From positions 88,350,001-88,414,000 of the forward strand of contig NC_042998.1 in assembly GCF_006345805.1 (NCBI RefSeq): a DNA stretch of 64,000 nt, written 5' to 3'. Origin of the DNA: Octopus sinensis. Its lineage: Eukaryota. The translations under genes were made by a program, and so were the position numbers. A model generated the notes under the pieces. It had not been told where the DNA came from. It did no database searches and saw only the letters and a list, made by a program, of their open reading frames with translations. This document shows, piece after piece, positions 33,611 through 46,273 of the stretch; the first letter of the stretch is position 1, and the number at the start of each line of letters is the position of its first letter.

Positions 33611-34080
33611 ATCACTATCATAACTAATTCATATCATGGATTCCTATTTATTTTGTAAGACATCCTATTTATTTACCTATTTTGCTATAAAGACAATGGC
33701 GACGGAACATTACGAAAATAAGGCACAAAATGTCATGGGGTCGAGTATCGAAAACAAAACATAAACATCAACAAATGCAACAGCAACAACAACAATCCAT
33801 GCAAATTAATTGGCATGTGTTTGCTCGTGGACACACAAATAGAACAGTTCTGAAATAAGAGGTTGCTAAAACGATAAGTAGAGTGTGAAAGTGTGAGTGA
33901 ATAAACAAAGAGTATCAGACATTTCATTGTCGTTTTTGTTCGGAAACAGTATATTACAGCCATTACAAGATATTTTGAAAAGAAAAGTATAGAAAGTTTT
34001 ATCTCACACGCACACACATATACATATATACCCACACAGACACACACACGTGCGCACATATATATATATTCATGTATGCA

Positions 34081-34144
<64 letters not shown>

Positions 34145-36442
34145 GTGTGTGTGTATGTGTGTGTGTGTAGATATAGGTATTTGATACAAGTATTCTACTA
34201 CTCTTTATTGTCCACAAGGCCTCACACATAATATCACACATGTCACACAGAAATCACAGAAATGGATAGCAAAACATGTAATGTAAGAATTTATAATACG
34301 GAGAGGGCGAGGCAAACACATAAGGCATTATATTAGAACAGGTGAAAAATATTGTTTATCAAATAAACAAAGATCAATCCACCAAAAGAGAATATGATAC
34401 CATTACAAAGGCAGATTCCACAACCGATTCCTTTCAAATCTAATACAAACCAAGTCTCCCCAATTTTTTATTTGTGGGGCCGAGACATTTTTGGGCTTAA
34501 ACACCAACTTTCTCACATCCTCTCGTCGTCAACACATGGTGCAGATGGTACTAAGAACGAGATAATTTCATTTGTTTCCGCTCCAGATATTCCTTTAGTT
34601 TGACTTGGTGCTCTAGAAAGAGAGGTGGCAACAGGTATGTTCTTCATTTCAGGCGCCTGGTGTTAGGGTTATTGCTGAAGTCTTCTCTCTTTTTCTTCAG
34701 CTTTTCATTTTTTTTTTTTCTGGGGAAAAGGCTCTCGGTTCCCTTTGCAGGAGAGTCAATCTTCGGCGAGTAAGCTTTAGTAACATGCACCATGCTTTCA
34801 TTAGTTGTTTTAGGGGCTTATATAGTTGCCAGAAGATATGGACACTCTCTCGTCCTCTACATGTTTGACCCAGCTAAACATTCAGAATGTGGTATTTGGA
34901 AGGAGAGAAAGGATTGCACCAGCACCCAGCTGGTACTCATTACTGCTGATAAGGCTCCATTAGCGTGAACTTAAGCTCTTTACTCAAGGATACAATGTGT
35001 CGCTCTGCACTGGAACTGAAACTATAACCTTATGATAAAGAGCTGAACATCCTTAACTATTAGACAGTATAAACTGGGACTACTTCACCACTCCTCTCAA
35101 CTTCTATAAGGTAATACAGATCCAGATTAACCTTCAGGTCTTCTAAGGTTATTAGGATCTATATGTCTATACAAAGTCCACCAAACTACATACTATTGCA
35201 CATCCCCACAAACTATTGCACAAAGAGAACGACGAACCATATGTCAACGTTTGTGTTAATATCTCTGTCCCTTTGAGTTCCGGAGGCAGATTTACTATGG
35301 ACACTTGTGTCGCACACCAGATGTATTTCTTTGCCTAGTTCTCGGCCTTAATATCCAGACTTTCCATACGTCCTGCATCGATCCAGGGCGCACGTGCACT
35401 GTCACACATTCGTCAAAGCTTCTGTCAGCTGTCACTTCGAGAGCATATAGAAACCCACTCGTCCACGTTTGTAAAAACCGAGATATACAGTCTTCCTCCA
35501 CCTCACTCTTTTCTAAGAAAATTCATCGCGCAAGGAGGCACTGGCTATTGTAACATATTATGTCCGTTCCCTATTTTCTTCTAGCTGGCTTGTGTCGCAT
35601 TTTTTTTTTGTATACCAAACAATAATAAACGATGGAGATGATTTTGTTACTAATGTTTTTGTTGTTGCTGTTGATGACGAAGATGGTGATGACGACAACA
35701 ACGATGTTGGGGACGATGACGACAACGACGATGATGATCATGATGATCATAATGACGATCATGATGATGATGATGGCATAACCGTTGCTGCCAGGGATGG
35801 TATTTGTGTTCATTCTTCATTCCAACTAATGTTCGAACGAAACACTTAGCGGTGGCAAATTGATGAGAGCATTAGATAAAATGTCTCGCAGTACTTGTTC
35901 TGACTCCACGCTATTAATAAAAATCTAGCTGAGGTTAACTTTTCTGGGCATTTTTTTCGGCGGCAACAAAAAAAAAATACAATCCAAGGAGATAGATTGG
36001 CAGAACTATTAGAGAGTCGAGCAAGATGCCTTGCGGTATCTCTTATGGTTCTTTGCTTTCCGATTGCAAAGGCCTGCGACGACACTGATGCCAAAAATTA
36101 TCGGTTCAAGTCGGTGGACTTTCTCTTGAGTAAGTATTGGTGTCGTGGAAAGGGGAGATTTACATATATGGTCAACTGATATTATTTCTTTAAAGTAAGT
36201 AACCCTGGCCTGCACATGCATGTACAGATGCATTGTCAAGTGTGACCGACGGAGAGCCTGTATTTTTCTACTTTTTGTTGTCCCGGTTTGAATATCCCTT
36301 ACTGCATGTTTGTTTTTAAACGTTTAAAATCAATTTTGGAGCGTATTTATTTACGCTGCTACTACTGCTACTGCTACTGTTGTTGCTTATGCTGCTGTTA
36401 CTGCTGCTGCCACTACTACCCCTACAACTACATCTACTAAAT

Positions 36443-36491
<49 letters not shown>

Positions 36492-36523
36492 GGTAGCGAG
36501 CACCTCTTCCTGCTACTTCTCAC

Positions 36524-36535
36524 GCGGCCATCTTG
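36524..36535 (-). promoter_or_regulatory. YY1-type motif (GCGGCCATCTTG / CAAGATGGCCGC) in a CpG-enriched patch
   Basis: Close match to the YY1 consensus in unique CpG-rich sequence at 36490-36600. Function is not shown. Confidence 0.35.
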
Positions 36536-36777
36536 CAACGCGTGTAGGTATTGCAAATGGCTACTTGTCAAAAATGTATAAAACGGTTTAAAGCGTCTCA
36601 ACACAAACTTTCTCCCTTTATCATGTACTAGACTAAACATTTAAATATTCCGAAGACCTTTAAGTAGCTGAAAGAAAATAACTTTAATACTTTTTTTTTA
36701 CATGGTAAACCTAGAAGAAAATATATTGTACACGTGACAGTTCACAGCGAACAACAACACCAACAACAATGATAACG

Positions 36778-36838
<61 letters not shown>

Positions 36839-37110
36839 AGGTGATAATGATAATGACGAGGACGATAGCGTTAATAATATTAATAATATTTGCTCAGTAT
36901 CCCTACTGCTACGTTGATTGCAATCGATGCAATAGGCATTGGCAACAGAAGCGATAGTTGCATTGCTACCAGTTCACTGATTGTAAGTAATATATTATGT
37001 GAGTTTCTCTGTAGCCTGCCAGATAATCAGCTATCGATCACAAGTTACGCCACCGAATTCCAAGTCTTTTTCTCAGTATAACAGTAACAACAACAACAAC
37101 AACAATAATG

Positions 37111-37162
<52 letters not shown>

Positions 37163-37332
37163 AAATGTTAAAAATGTGCAAGGATCTTTCACAGCCGAGT
37201 TTGTTTGTTTACATGGTAACTCCTTTGTTTCATTGTTTGTTTTAAATTTTCATTTTTATTTTATGTTTCTTCTCTGTCTGTCCGTCTGTCTGTCTGTCTC
37301 ACTCTCTCTCTCGCTCACTTTCTCTTTTCTCT

Positions 37333-37372
<40 letters not shown>

Positions 37373-37461
37373 ATCTTTATACATACATACCTGCATACAT
37401 ATGTGTGTGTGTATAATACACGCCCCTTGTTCTTTCACCTGTCATTGTGTTTTTGTATATA

Positions 37462-37567
37462 TTTTGGACCTCCTTCTTCCCTTCTTTCCTGAGCGTCCAA
37501 TAATACTTTATTTGTTCCACGTCCTCGCGTTGCTGTTTTTTTTTTGTGTTTTCTTGTTTGGATTAAC
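37462..37567 (-). mobile_element. Second, shorter copy of the 21462 repeat, abutting (TA)n
   Basis: Reverse complement gttaatccaaacaagaaaacacaaaaaaaaaacagcaacgcgaggacgtggaacaaataaagtattattggacgctcaggaaagaaggg matches 21463-21548. Confidence 0.85.
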
Positions 37568-37792
37568 TATATATATATATATATATAGTTCGTCGGAGAT
37601 AATCGCATAGTGAGATGATAGGTATCGTAGTAGTGAAAGTGATAGTGAAAGAGGTAGAAATGAAGAGAGAGAGAAAGAAACAGGTAAAGTAAATACCGAG
37701 ATTTGTACAGATGAAGAAAAGAGTAAATATGTATACACGCGCTCATGCGTGTATTTATATACATCTTTGTGTATACATACATGCATGCACTC

Positions 37793-37832
<40 letters not shown>

Positions 37833-38401
37833 AGAGAGACAGACAGACAGAACGGACATGCGCGCGCACATTCATATTAAGCAAGGACAGTTTCTGACAG
37901 AGTAAATTAAATGTAATGCTAGTGTGTATTTATAGTTCAAACTACAATTCTGCAGGGACCCATTCGTCCATGGATGATTGAATATACTCGGGTACATGAC
38001 TTGTAATTACGTTGTCAACTCTGGTAGGATGCGTAAATACTAACTTGAAATTTGAAAGAAAACTGAAAGCTGCATAGTGTCTAGTCGAAGTTCGACCATT
38101 CTGCTAACCCTCGACCTTTGGTCTAACTTTAAAATAATGCTTAAAAAATAATGTGTCCGTGTGCATATGTATGTGTGTGTGTATATGGTTCTATGATGGC
38201 GTATAAGTCAACACTTCGAAGCCACTATTAGCCTTTTCTCTGTAAAAAATAATAAATACATATTGTGCTAAAAGTATTGAATAAACCTTCAGTTTAATGC
38301 CAAATTGTTTTCATAATTTAACATAAAAATAGCATTATGTGTACGTGTATACATTATTAGCATGTATATAATGTAAATAAGTATATATACATACATATTA
38401 T

Positions 38402-38515
<114 letters not shown>

Positions 38516-38594
38516 ATACATATATATATACGCATGCATATAAATACACATATACATATATTATAATTATGTATGTGTGTTTGCATGCGAGTGC

Positions 38595-38669
<75 letters not shown>

Positions 38670-40327
38670 GTAATAATAAGTAGACAAAGGAAAGAAGAGG
38701 AGAAAACAACAGAATATGGAGCAAAATTAAGAACTGCTTGATAAAACAAGCTAATAGATTGTGAAAGAAACGGTGACAGATAGACAAACAGACAGATAAC
38801 AGCTGATCAACAGCCATGTTGTTATATCATTATATCATTATTGAATCAATATAAAAAGATATCTTCTATTATATTATGAGATAGGTTTCTTTATAATACC
38901 AAACACGTTAGTTGTTTAAAATATATGAAAATAAAATCTCTTCCGGTTTTACAGATTTATGTTTATCCTTGATGTATTTAGTTAATTAAACTTTAGTCTA
39001 ATCATCTTTATTTGAATATTATATACGTATGAGTATATGAAGAATATATTATTTATTCAACTTCATTATTTCCGAGGATGTTCAGACACATTTCATATAG
39101 CTAAAACTAATCTGTATTGTTATGCCTCTGTTCGTGTGATGTGTCTGAGAGTGTGAGTGAACTTGTGCGCCTGTGTGTGAGAGAGAGTATGTAGTGGTGA
39201 GCTGTTAAAATTTTAACAACTAGTTCTCTGTCCAACCAGTATTTTAACCACAGGTTGTCTAAAATATTCCAATATCGATGAGAAAATCACTTCGTTATGA
39301 AGGTCTAAAAATATAGTATTACAACACGATAAAATCAGAAATCAGTGGGAAATGGTGGTGATCTGTGTCAGCGAAAATAAAATTTCAGGATTTGTAAAGT
39401 TTAATTTCTCTAAGGAGTATAGAAAATAGCCCTTTTATCGTTTTTAAGCCTTTCATCAGAAATGAGAAAATGAAGAAATGAATGAAGACGAGGTGTAGAT
39501 TTGGTTGAGAAGGCCGGGTGCAAAGTAAGAGAAATGGTGTGAAAGGGTGAGAAGTTAAGGAATTGAGGTGAAAGAAAAAGGGTCATGAAGCTAGATAGTA
39601 GGGTATCAAGGTATTTATATAATCTTCAAACAACCACAGAATGATTTTCAGATAAACTAACAGGTTAAATTATAGTTGTGAGATAGGAAGAAGGATAGGT
39701 ATAATATATCAAGCAACCACAAATAGAAATACAATTACGATAATAGACAAAAAAAAATATTGTGTTGAGAAGATTAAAGTAAAGGTTAGAGGCAAAGTGG
39801 TAGAATTTGAGTGAGGGTGAGAATGTAATACAATCACACAGTTACGTACGTGCTTTCATACTTACACATAAGCATCGTCATATAGACATGCATTTAAAGA
39901 CTCTTGTATAGTTTTTCACACCTGATAAAATTTACCAATCTTCTTAATTTAATAGCAAAATAAAAAACATCATAAGTGCACACACACACACACATACACA
40001 CACAAACAAACACACACACACACAATACACGCACACACAACACATACATATGCACACACACATAGGCACATAGATGCGCGTGTGAATATATGTGAGTGTG
40101 AATGAGTGAGGTTGTGCGTTGGCATATGTCGTAAAGTATACAGGTTGAGTACATGGTTTCTTACCAAGGGAGTGCATAATGCATATCAAACTATTAGCTC
40201 ACTCTCCTTTATTGAATAATGATGATGCTTTTTTTAATGTTTTAAGCAAAGTGAACTACTGAGGAATTGAAAAATGCTTTGGAAAATGAAATTGAGTCTG
40301 TTTACACACAAATATACAGCTATGCAC

Positions 40328-40385
<58 letters not shown>

Positions 40386-40536
40386 CGCAGGGGTAGCTGT
40401 GTGGTAAGGAGCTTGTTTTCCAACCACATGTTTACGGGTTCAGTCCCACTGCGTGGCACCTTCTTCTACTACAGCGTCAGGCCGACCAAAGCCTTGTGAG
40501 TGGATTTGGTTGACGGAAACGGAAAGAAGTCCATCG

Positions 40537-40635
<99 letters not shown>

Positions 40636-40817
40636 TGTATATGTGTATGTATGTATATATCTGTGTGTCTGTGTTTGTCCCCCACCATCGCTTAACAACC
40701 GATGTTGGTGTGTTACGTCCCATTACTTAGCGGATCGGCAAAAAGTTCGATAGAATAAGTAGTAGACTTACAAAGAATAAGTCCGTGGCCGCAGTCAAAT
40801 GACTGGAGCAAGTAAAA

Positions 40818-40820
<3 letters not shown>
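40386..40820 (+). mobile_element. SINE family B with expanded internal (TA)n/(TATG)n and deletions
   Basis: Same head and 3' domain as 14570 and 62881. Confidence 0.85.
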
Positions 40821-40885
<65 letters not shown>

Positions 40886-41070
40886 ATATAATATAATATA
40901 ATATATATAATATAATATAATATAATATGTTTGCAAGCATGCACGCATTTATTCTCAGGTACATACATATATGTATGTATACAGGTATGTTTATATACAT
41001 GTGCGTATATATGTATGTATGTGAGCATTCATGGTTATATATACAAATAATTATACACATATATGTTTAC

Positions 41071-41136
<66 letters not shown>

Positions 41137-41530
41137 TAACTTCGCTCTTCTTCCAAGTCTTATTTACTCTGTTCCTTACAGATCATTGCTCTTTCTGTCA
41201 ACTTGACCCACCCGCTTTAGTCGGATGTTCAACGCTTCGCTGTTCCCGGCCATTACTCTGCTTCTTTCACAAATCTACGAGATCTTGCTATTATATGATC
41301 TACCCTGTGAACCGGAGTTTAGAAAGTTTTGACAGAATACCAGCACTCTAGTTACTAATTGACGTATTGCATGTCCGAACTATTTCAATCACTTCCTTAT
41401 TATTACTTAGGTATGGTTTATTTCATATCACGTGATTTTCGTATCGAAGTTTTTCTATGCTTCGTAATATATAGACTGTAAAGTATACTATAGGCCGTGT
41501 GGTATAGTATTGGCCTTAAGCACTACATTT

Positions 41531-42439
41531 GGATCTTTTCCTTTTCAACGACCGATCGAGAAATTAATTTTTTGTAACTAAACACTTTCAAACTTCGGAC
41601 ACTGGTAGAATGTGTCATATAAAACATCTTTTACTCTTAGTGTTGTTGAGAAAAGTTTATCTTTTCAAAGTTATTTCGTGTTAAAGTTGTCGTATTTCGG
41701 TAATTTCAACTAATGAATGACGTGTATTCAGCTGAATAATATTACTGCTGTTGTTTGTCAACAACAACTTCCGGCGGTGTATATTTCGTTTGTCACTGTT
41801 ATTTATGACATATTTCATTTCAGCTACGTTCATATGAATAAACGTGTGTATATGAAGCATGTTTACTTCATGGCACAACCATAATCGTTCGTGCATTTCT
41901 ACTGCCGTTAGGGGTTTTTTTTGCTTATTTTTCAGCTACCATCTTCGGAAATACTTCCATCCCCTCCTCCATTTTCTCGCACGGAATTTTGAATTTTTTG
42001 CCACCCTTTACCCCTCCCCCTCCAATTTCTTCATTTATTTTCACTTTATCCTAAACATAACCCTAAAATTCTAACCCTAACCCTACAACCCCTACCCTAA
42101 CCCTAAATCCTTAACCCTAACCATAAAACCTTAACCCTAACCCTAAAGCTAAACGCACGAACGATGTCAAATAACAGTGACAAACGAAATATACTCCGCC
42201 GATAGTTGTTGACAAACAACAGCAAAAATTTTATTCAGTTGAATACACGTCATTGATTGGTTGAAATTACTGAAATACGACGACTTTAACACGAAATAAC
42301 TTCGAAAATATGAACTCTTCTCAACAACACTAAGAGTGAAAGATGTTTTATATGACACATTCTACAAGTGTCCGAAGTTTGAAAGTGTTTGGTTACAAAA
42401 AATTAATTTCTCGATCTGCCGTTGAAAGGGAAAAGATCC
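41531..42439. mobile_element. Non-autonomous foldback DNA transposon: ~270-bp TIRs starting GGATC, 8-bp TSD, telomere-like core (Merlin-like by termini)
   Basis: 41531-41804 is the inverse of 42169-42439 (about 90% by eye). ctacattt occurs at 41523-41530 and 42440-42447. Degenerate (TAACCC)n at 42058-42146. No transposase. Confidence 0.88.
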
Positions 42440-43406
42440 CTACATTTAAACAAAAGAAGTTTCTTGTCCGTGTGTCTTCATATTTTTGGTATCACTTTCC
42501 CAATATGTAGTTTGCGATTGAGAAGTAAGGGCGTTGTGCGGTCTAATCTTGTGTCGCTGGCTGATATTCACATGTTCCATTTCACGAGTTTTCGGTTCCC
42601 TGTTAACGCAGCAATTACTGCTGACACTTGTCTTTTCATTTCTTCTGGTTCACTTGTTGTCGTAGAATATTTTGGCATATAATGCAAATGTTTCAGACCA
42701 AGTTTTACGGGATAAAAACGGTAGATCCACTTACACAGCAAGACGGCTTTGGGGGACCGAAAATTCCATGACAAAAGCAGCAGGATTTGGAGAGATAATG
42801 AAGATGTTTGAATGTTTACACTATATGCTTCCACTTCTATTTTTACGTTGATTTGTATGCCGGAAAATTGATATACTCCCAGGAACACAAATTTTGTGAC
42901 GTGTTTTGCTGTACAATCAGTATTCGCAGATAGACCAGCACTTTGTGCTCTCAGGTTAAAATGATCTTTCATTTTGTAATATATTTTTCATGCCCAAATT
43001 TTTATGTTTCGTCTTCTAAATCTTTAGTGGATATTTTCAATTTGTCAAAGATCGTAGATATTAAGGTTGTGTTTTCAGTATGTATATTATCTGAGGAGAT
43101 GGTATCAACAACTGCCAGACATTTTATCTAAATCTGTCAGTTCTTTCATTACAAGTTCCAGGAAATTGTTGAAAATGTGTTTGGGGGTTATAGCAGGAAA
43201 CTATGTTGCTTAGAACTCTATAATTTGCAATTTATGAGGATCTATACCGATTGGTGTTCTCATCTTCTATAGTTAAATATCAAAATATAGAAAATCGAAA
43301 CTAATTTACAACTGTTTTTAAATGTCCGTACACGTGCCTACACGTAACTACATATATATATATATATATATGCACATACAAACAGACACACGCATACAAA
43401 CACAAG

Positions 43407-43568
43407 TATGCATGTATGTATGTATGTATGTATGTATGTATGTAGGTAGGTAGGTAGGTAGGTAGGTAGGTAGGTAGGTAGGTAGGTAGGTAGGTAGGTA
43501 GGTAGGTAGGTAGGTAGGTAGGTAGGTAGGTAAGTAGGTAGGTAGGTACGTACGTACGTACGTACGTA
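43407..43568. repeat. Compound tetranucleotide array (TATG)n-(TAGG)n-(TACG)n
   Basis: Direct reading. Confidence 0.95.
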
Positions 43569-44329
43569 TACACATACTCACATACATATATACATTTCTA
43601 TGGATATATATGTATGCATACATGCAAATGTATTTATGTATGTGTGTACGAAAGTGCATATTCGAAAGTGTATACATCACAAATCTTAAGATTGATGGAA
43701 CTTAAGATAAGATTCATATTTACATTAAGGAGTTCCTATTTTCTCATAAATAAATAACACAAAAACAACAGGCAAAAAAAAAACAACATCCTAGCATATT
43801 GAACATGCATCTTGGAAAATATCAACACTAACATCCGGTAAAAACAATTTTTGCTTCAATTGTCAATGGGGCTGACATTTGCTTGAAACATTGATTAGTA
43901 AGATGGAGTTGGTTAGTAAGATGGAATTGTTAATTTACTTACAGTCTGGAACATTGCTGGACAGTATATAATGAATATGTATGTATGTATGTATGTATGT
44001 GTATGTATGTATGTATGTATGTATGTATGTACGTACGTATGTGCGTATAAATGTACCAGTTAATAACTCCATTTGATCAATATTATTATTCATTACTACC
44101 ATCTCAACATACACACCTCATCATAGAGGTAGTAATGAATAATGAAAATAATGTATTCTTTTAGTGGTCAGCTAAGTCGATTCCCTAATTCTCATGTCCG
44201 TAATCTAAAATGATCAGAGACTGTCTTCCACGATAAGTTAATATCCAAGTAACAAAGCTTATAATTTCCGGAAAGAGACACTGTAAGACATCTGACAACA
44301 GGCTGTTGTCCGCTCTCACAGAATCAACC

Positions 44330-45260
44330 AGAACAAGTAAGAGCTTTGACAAGTAAAATCATAATAAAAGAAGCTAGGCTACAGGGCTATTTAACAAGGG
44401 CCAAAACAGAAAGAAAGAGATTCACCAATGCTTCACAATGAAAGGATTAGATACGAAAAGTGTTCTAGATAGATAGACCAGGTATAATAGAGAATCAAGA
44501 TGTGGGAGAGAAGTGTATACAGATTGATACCGATATACTTGCACTTAGTGACCCTGTAGAGAAATAATCATGGAAGTGCTACTATAGAAGATTATTAAAC
44601 GTGAGAAGGACCAGCTATCAGAGTTGACAGTAGTATGATAGATAAGACGATTAAGGATATTAAGACAGAGAAAGCCTTTGGTCCATCAGGAATCCCTGCT
44701 GAGATGCCTATCTGGCAGAGTAGGTTACATCCTAGCTATTCGTACAGTTAATCAAGTTGAACAGGAAGGCGCTATCCTCAATGACTGGTGTAGCGGCATT
44801 GTAGTTAGCGGGTACAAGGGCAGGGGAGATGCCTTAGATGGAAAAAATTACAGAGCTGTCAAACTTATGGATCAGGTCATAAAAATTACAGAGTGTTTTA
44901 GTCCAATCGATTAGGAACAAAATTAAAGTACATGAGCTGCAGTTTGGTTTTGTGCCAGAAAGAAATACTGTTCATACCACTTCCTGGTGAGACAACAGCA
45001 GAAGCCTTTAGCTAAGAATATGCCAATGTACTTAACATTCATTGATCAGGAAAAAGACTTCGACAGAGCCCGTCTGTGGCATAGTCATCTTTGTGGCTTG
45101 GTCGTCTCTGAGGAAGCTAAGGATGAACAAATGACTTGTACATTCCGTATAAGCCATGTATAGGAGTGATGTAATTAAGGTGAGAGTTAGTCATGAGTAC
45201 AGTGCGAATTCAGAGTGCAAGAAGGCGTTCACAAAGGTTCGGTTCCCAGTCCCCTCCAAA
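44330..45260 (+). pseudogene. Decayed RTE-like LINE ORF2 fragment (linker plus N-terminal RT)
   Basis: ERKRFTN, ENQDVGEKCI, DWCSGIVVSGYKGRGDALDGKNYRAVKLMDQVIK, QFGFVP, YLTFIDQEKDFDR. Frameshifted. Confidence 0.8.
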
Positions 45261-45466
45261 TTCATCATTGTCTTCCGGATCAAAGCAGAGGAACATATGA
45301 TATTCTCCATTCTTGTTGATGCTGTTAAAATATATACTGAATTTCTTCTAAGTGATCTTTGGATTTACTTCTCACGCCGGTGGAATTACCGTGGATGTTA
45401 GCCTAGTTCGCTTAACCGCTGAATGCCTACAAAATATCTGCCTGAATTTATTAATCCTTATTACTT

Positions 45467-45505
<39 letters not shown>

Positions 45506-45673
45506 TATGCACGTGTGTATGTGTCTGGGGTGGGGTTATATCTCATATCCAGCAAATTAACACCTTGAGAAAGAGAAATTGATAAAATATGTATCAGACG
45601 GAAAAATCTAAAATCTGTATTATCGAATAAAACCCTATCATACCGTAGCCCAGTTGTTAAGGTCATTATAAGA

Positions 45674-45714
<41 letters not shown>

Positions 45715-45974
45715 CACGGATGTGCATGACTGTGTATAGAAGAATATATTACTTAAAGAAATTCCAACTTTGATTTTCACGTTTTGTTTACAATCTTATA
45801 ATATGATATAAGATAATGTAATATAATGAAATTATAGAATATTGTATGTCCAATTTACGGCAGTTGCAAATTGTAAAACATAACTGTCACTACTACTACA
45901 TGAACCTGAAGACTGCAGAGTTTAATGCATGAAAGTACTAGTTCAATCAGAATGGACATTTCATAGTCTTTTAC

Positions 45975-46240
45975 TCTTTTACTCTTTTACTTGCTTCAGT
46001 CATTCGACTGCTGCCATGCTGAAGCACCGCCTTTAGTCGAGAAAATCGACCCAAGGACTTGTTCTTTGTATTTATTAATATATATATACATATATACGGC
46101 GGGCTTCCGACACTCACAAGGCTTTAGTCGGCCCGAGACTATAGTAGAAGACACTTGCCGAAGGTGTCACACAGTGGGAATGAACCCGGAACCATGTGGT
46201 TGATAGGCAAGCTACTTACCACACATCCACTCCTGTGCCT
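45975..46240 (-). mobile_element. SINE family B, internally deleted
   Basis: Reverse complement matches the family B head (gtggtaagtagcttgcct...accacatggttccgggttcattcccactgtg) and tail (ggcggtgcttcagcatggc...gtcgaatgactgaagcaagtaaaagag). Confidence 0.85.
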
Positions 46241-46273
46241 TTGTATTATTTCATTATATTATATTATCTTATA

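Noticed and set aside
35340-35585. C2H2 zinc-finger-like SFCQLSLREHIETH and three overlapping open frames
   Set aside because: There is no CxxC, the F-to-L spacing is one residue short, and no homology was recognised. Open frames are expected in this GC-richer patch.
41180-41253. Resemblance of ALNIRLKRVGQV to the VPS26C/DSCR3 N-terminus
   Set aside because: The match is too short, a conserved aromatic position is lost, and no downstream exons were found.
42058-42146. True telomere or chromosome fusion scar
   Set aside because: The tract is short, degenerate and enclosed by TIRs and a TSD, so it is part of a transposon.
42568-42972. 134-aa minus-strand ORF next to the foldback element as its transposase
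   Set aside because: It lies outside the TSD, and no DDE or other motif was recognised.
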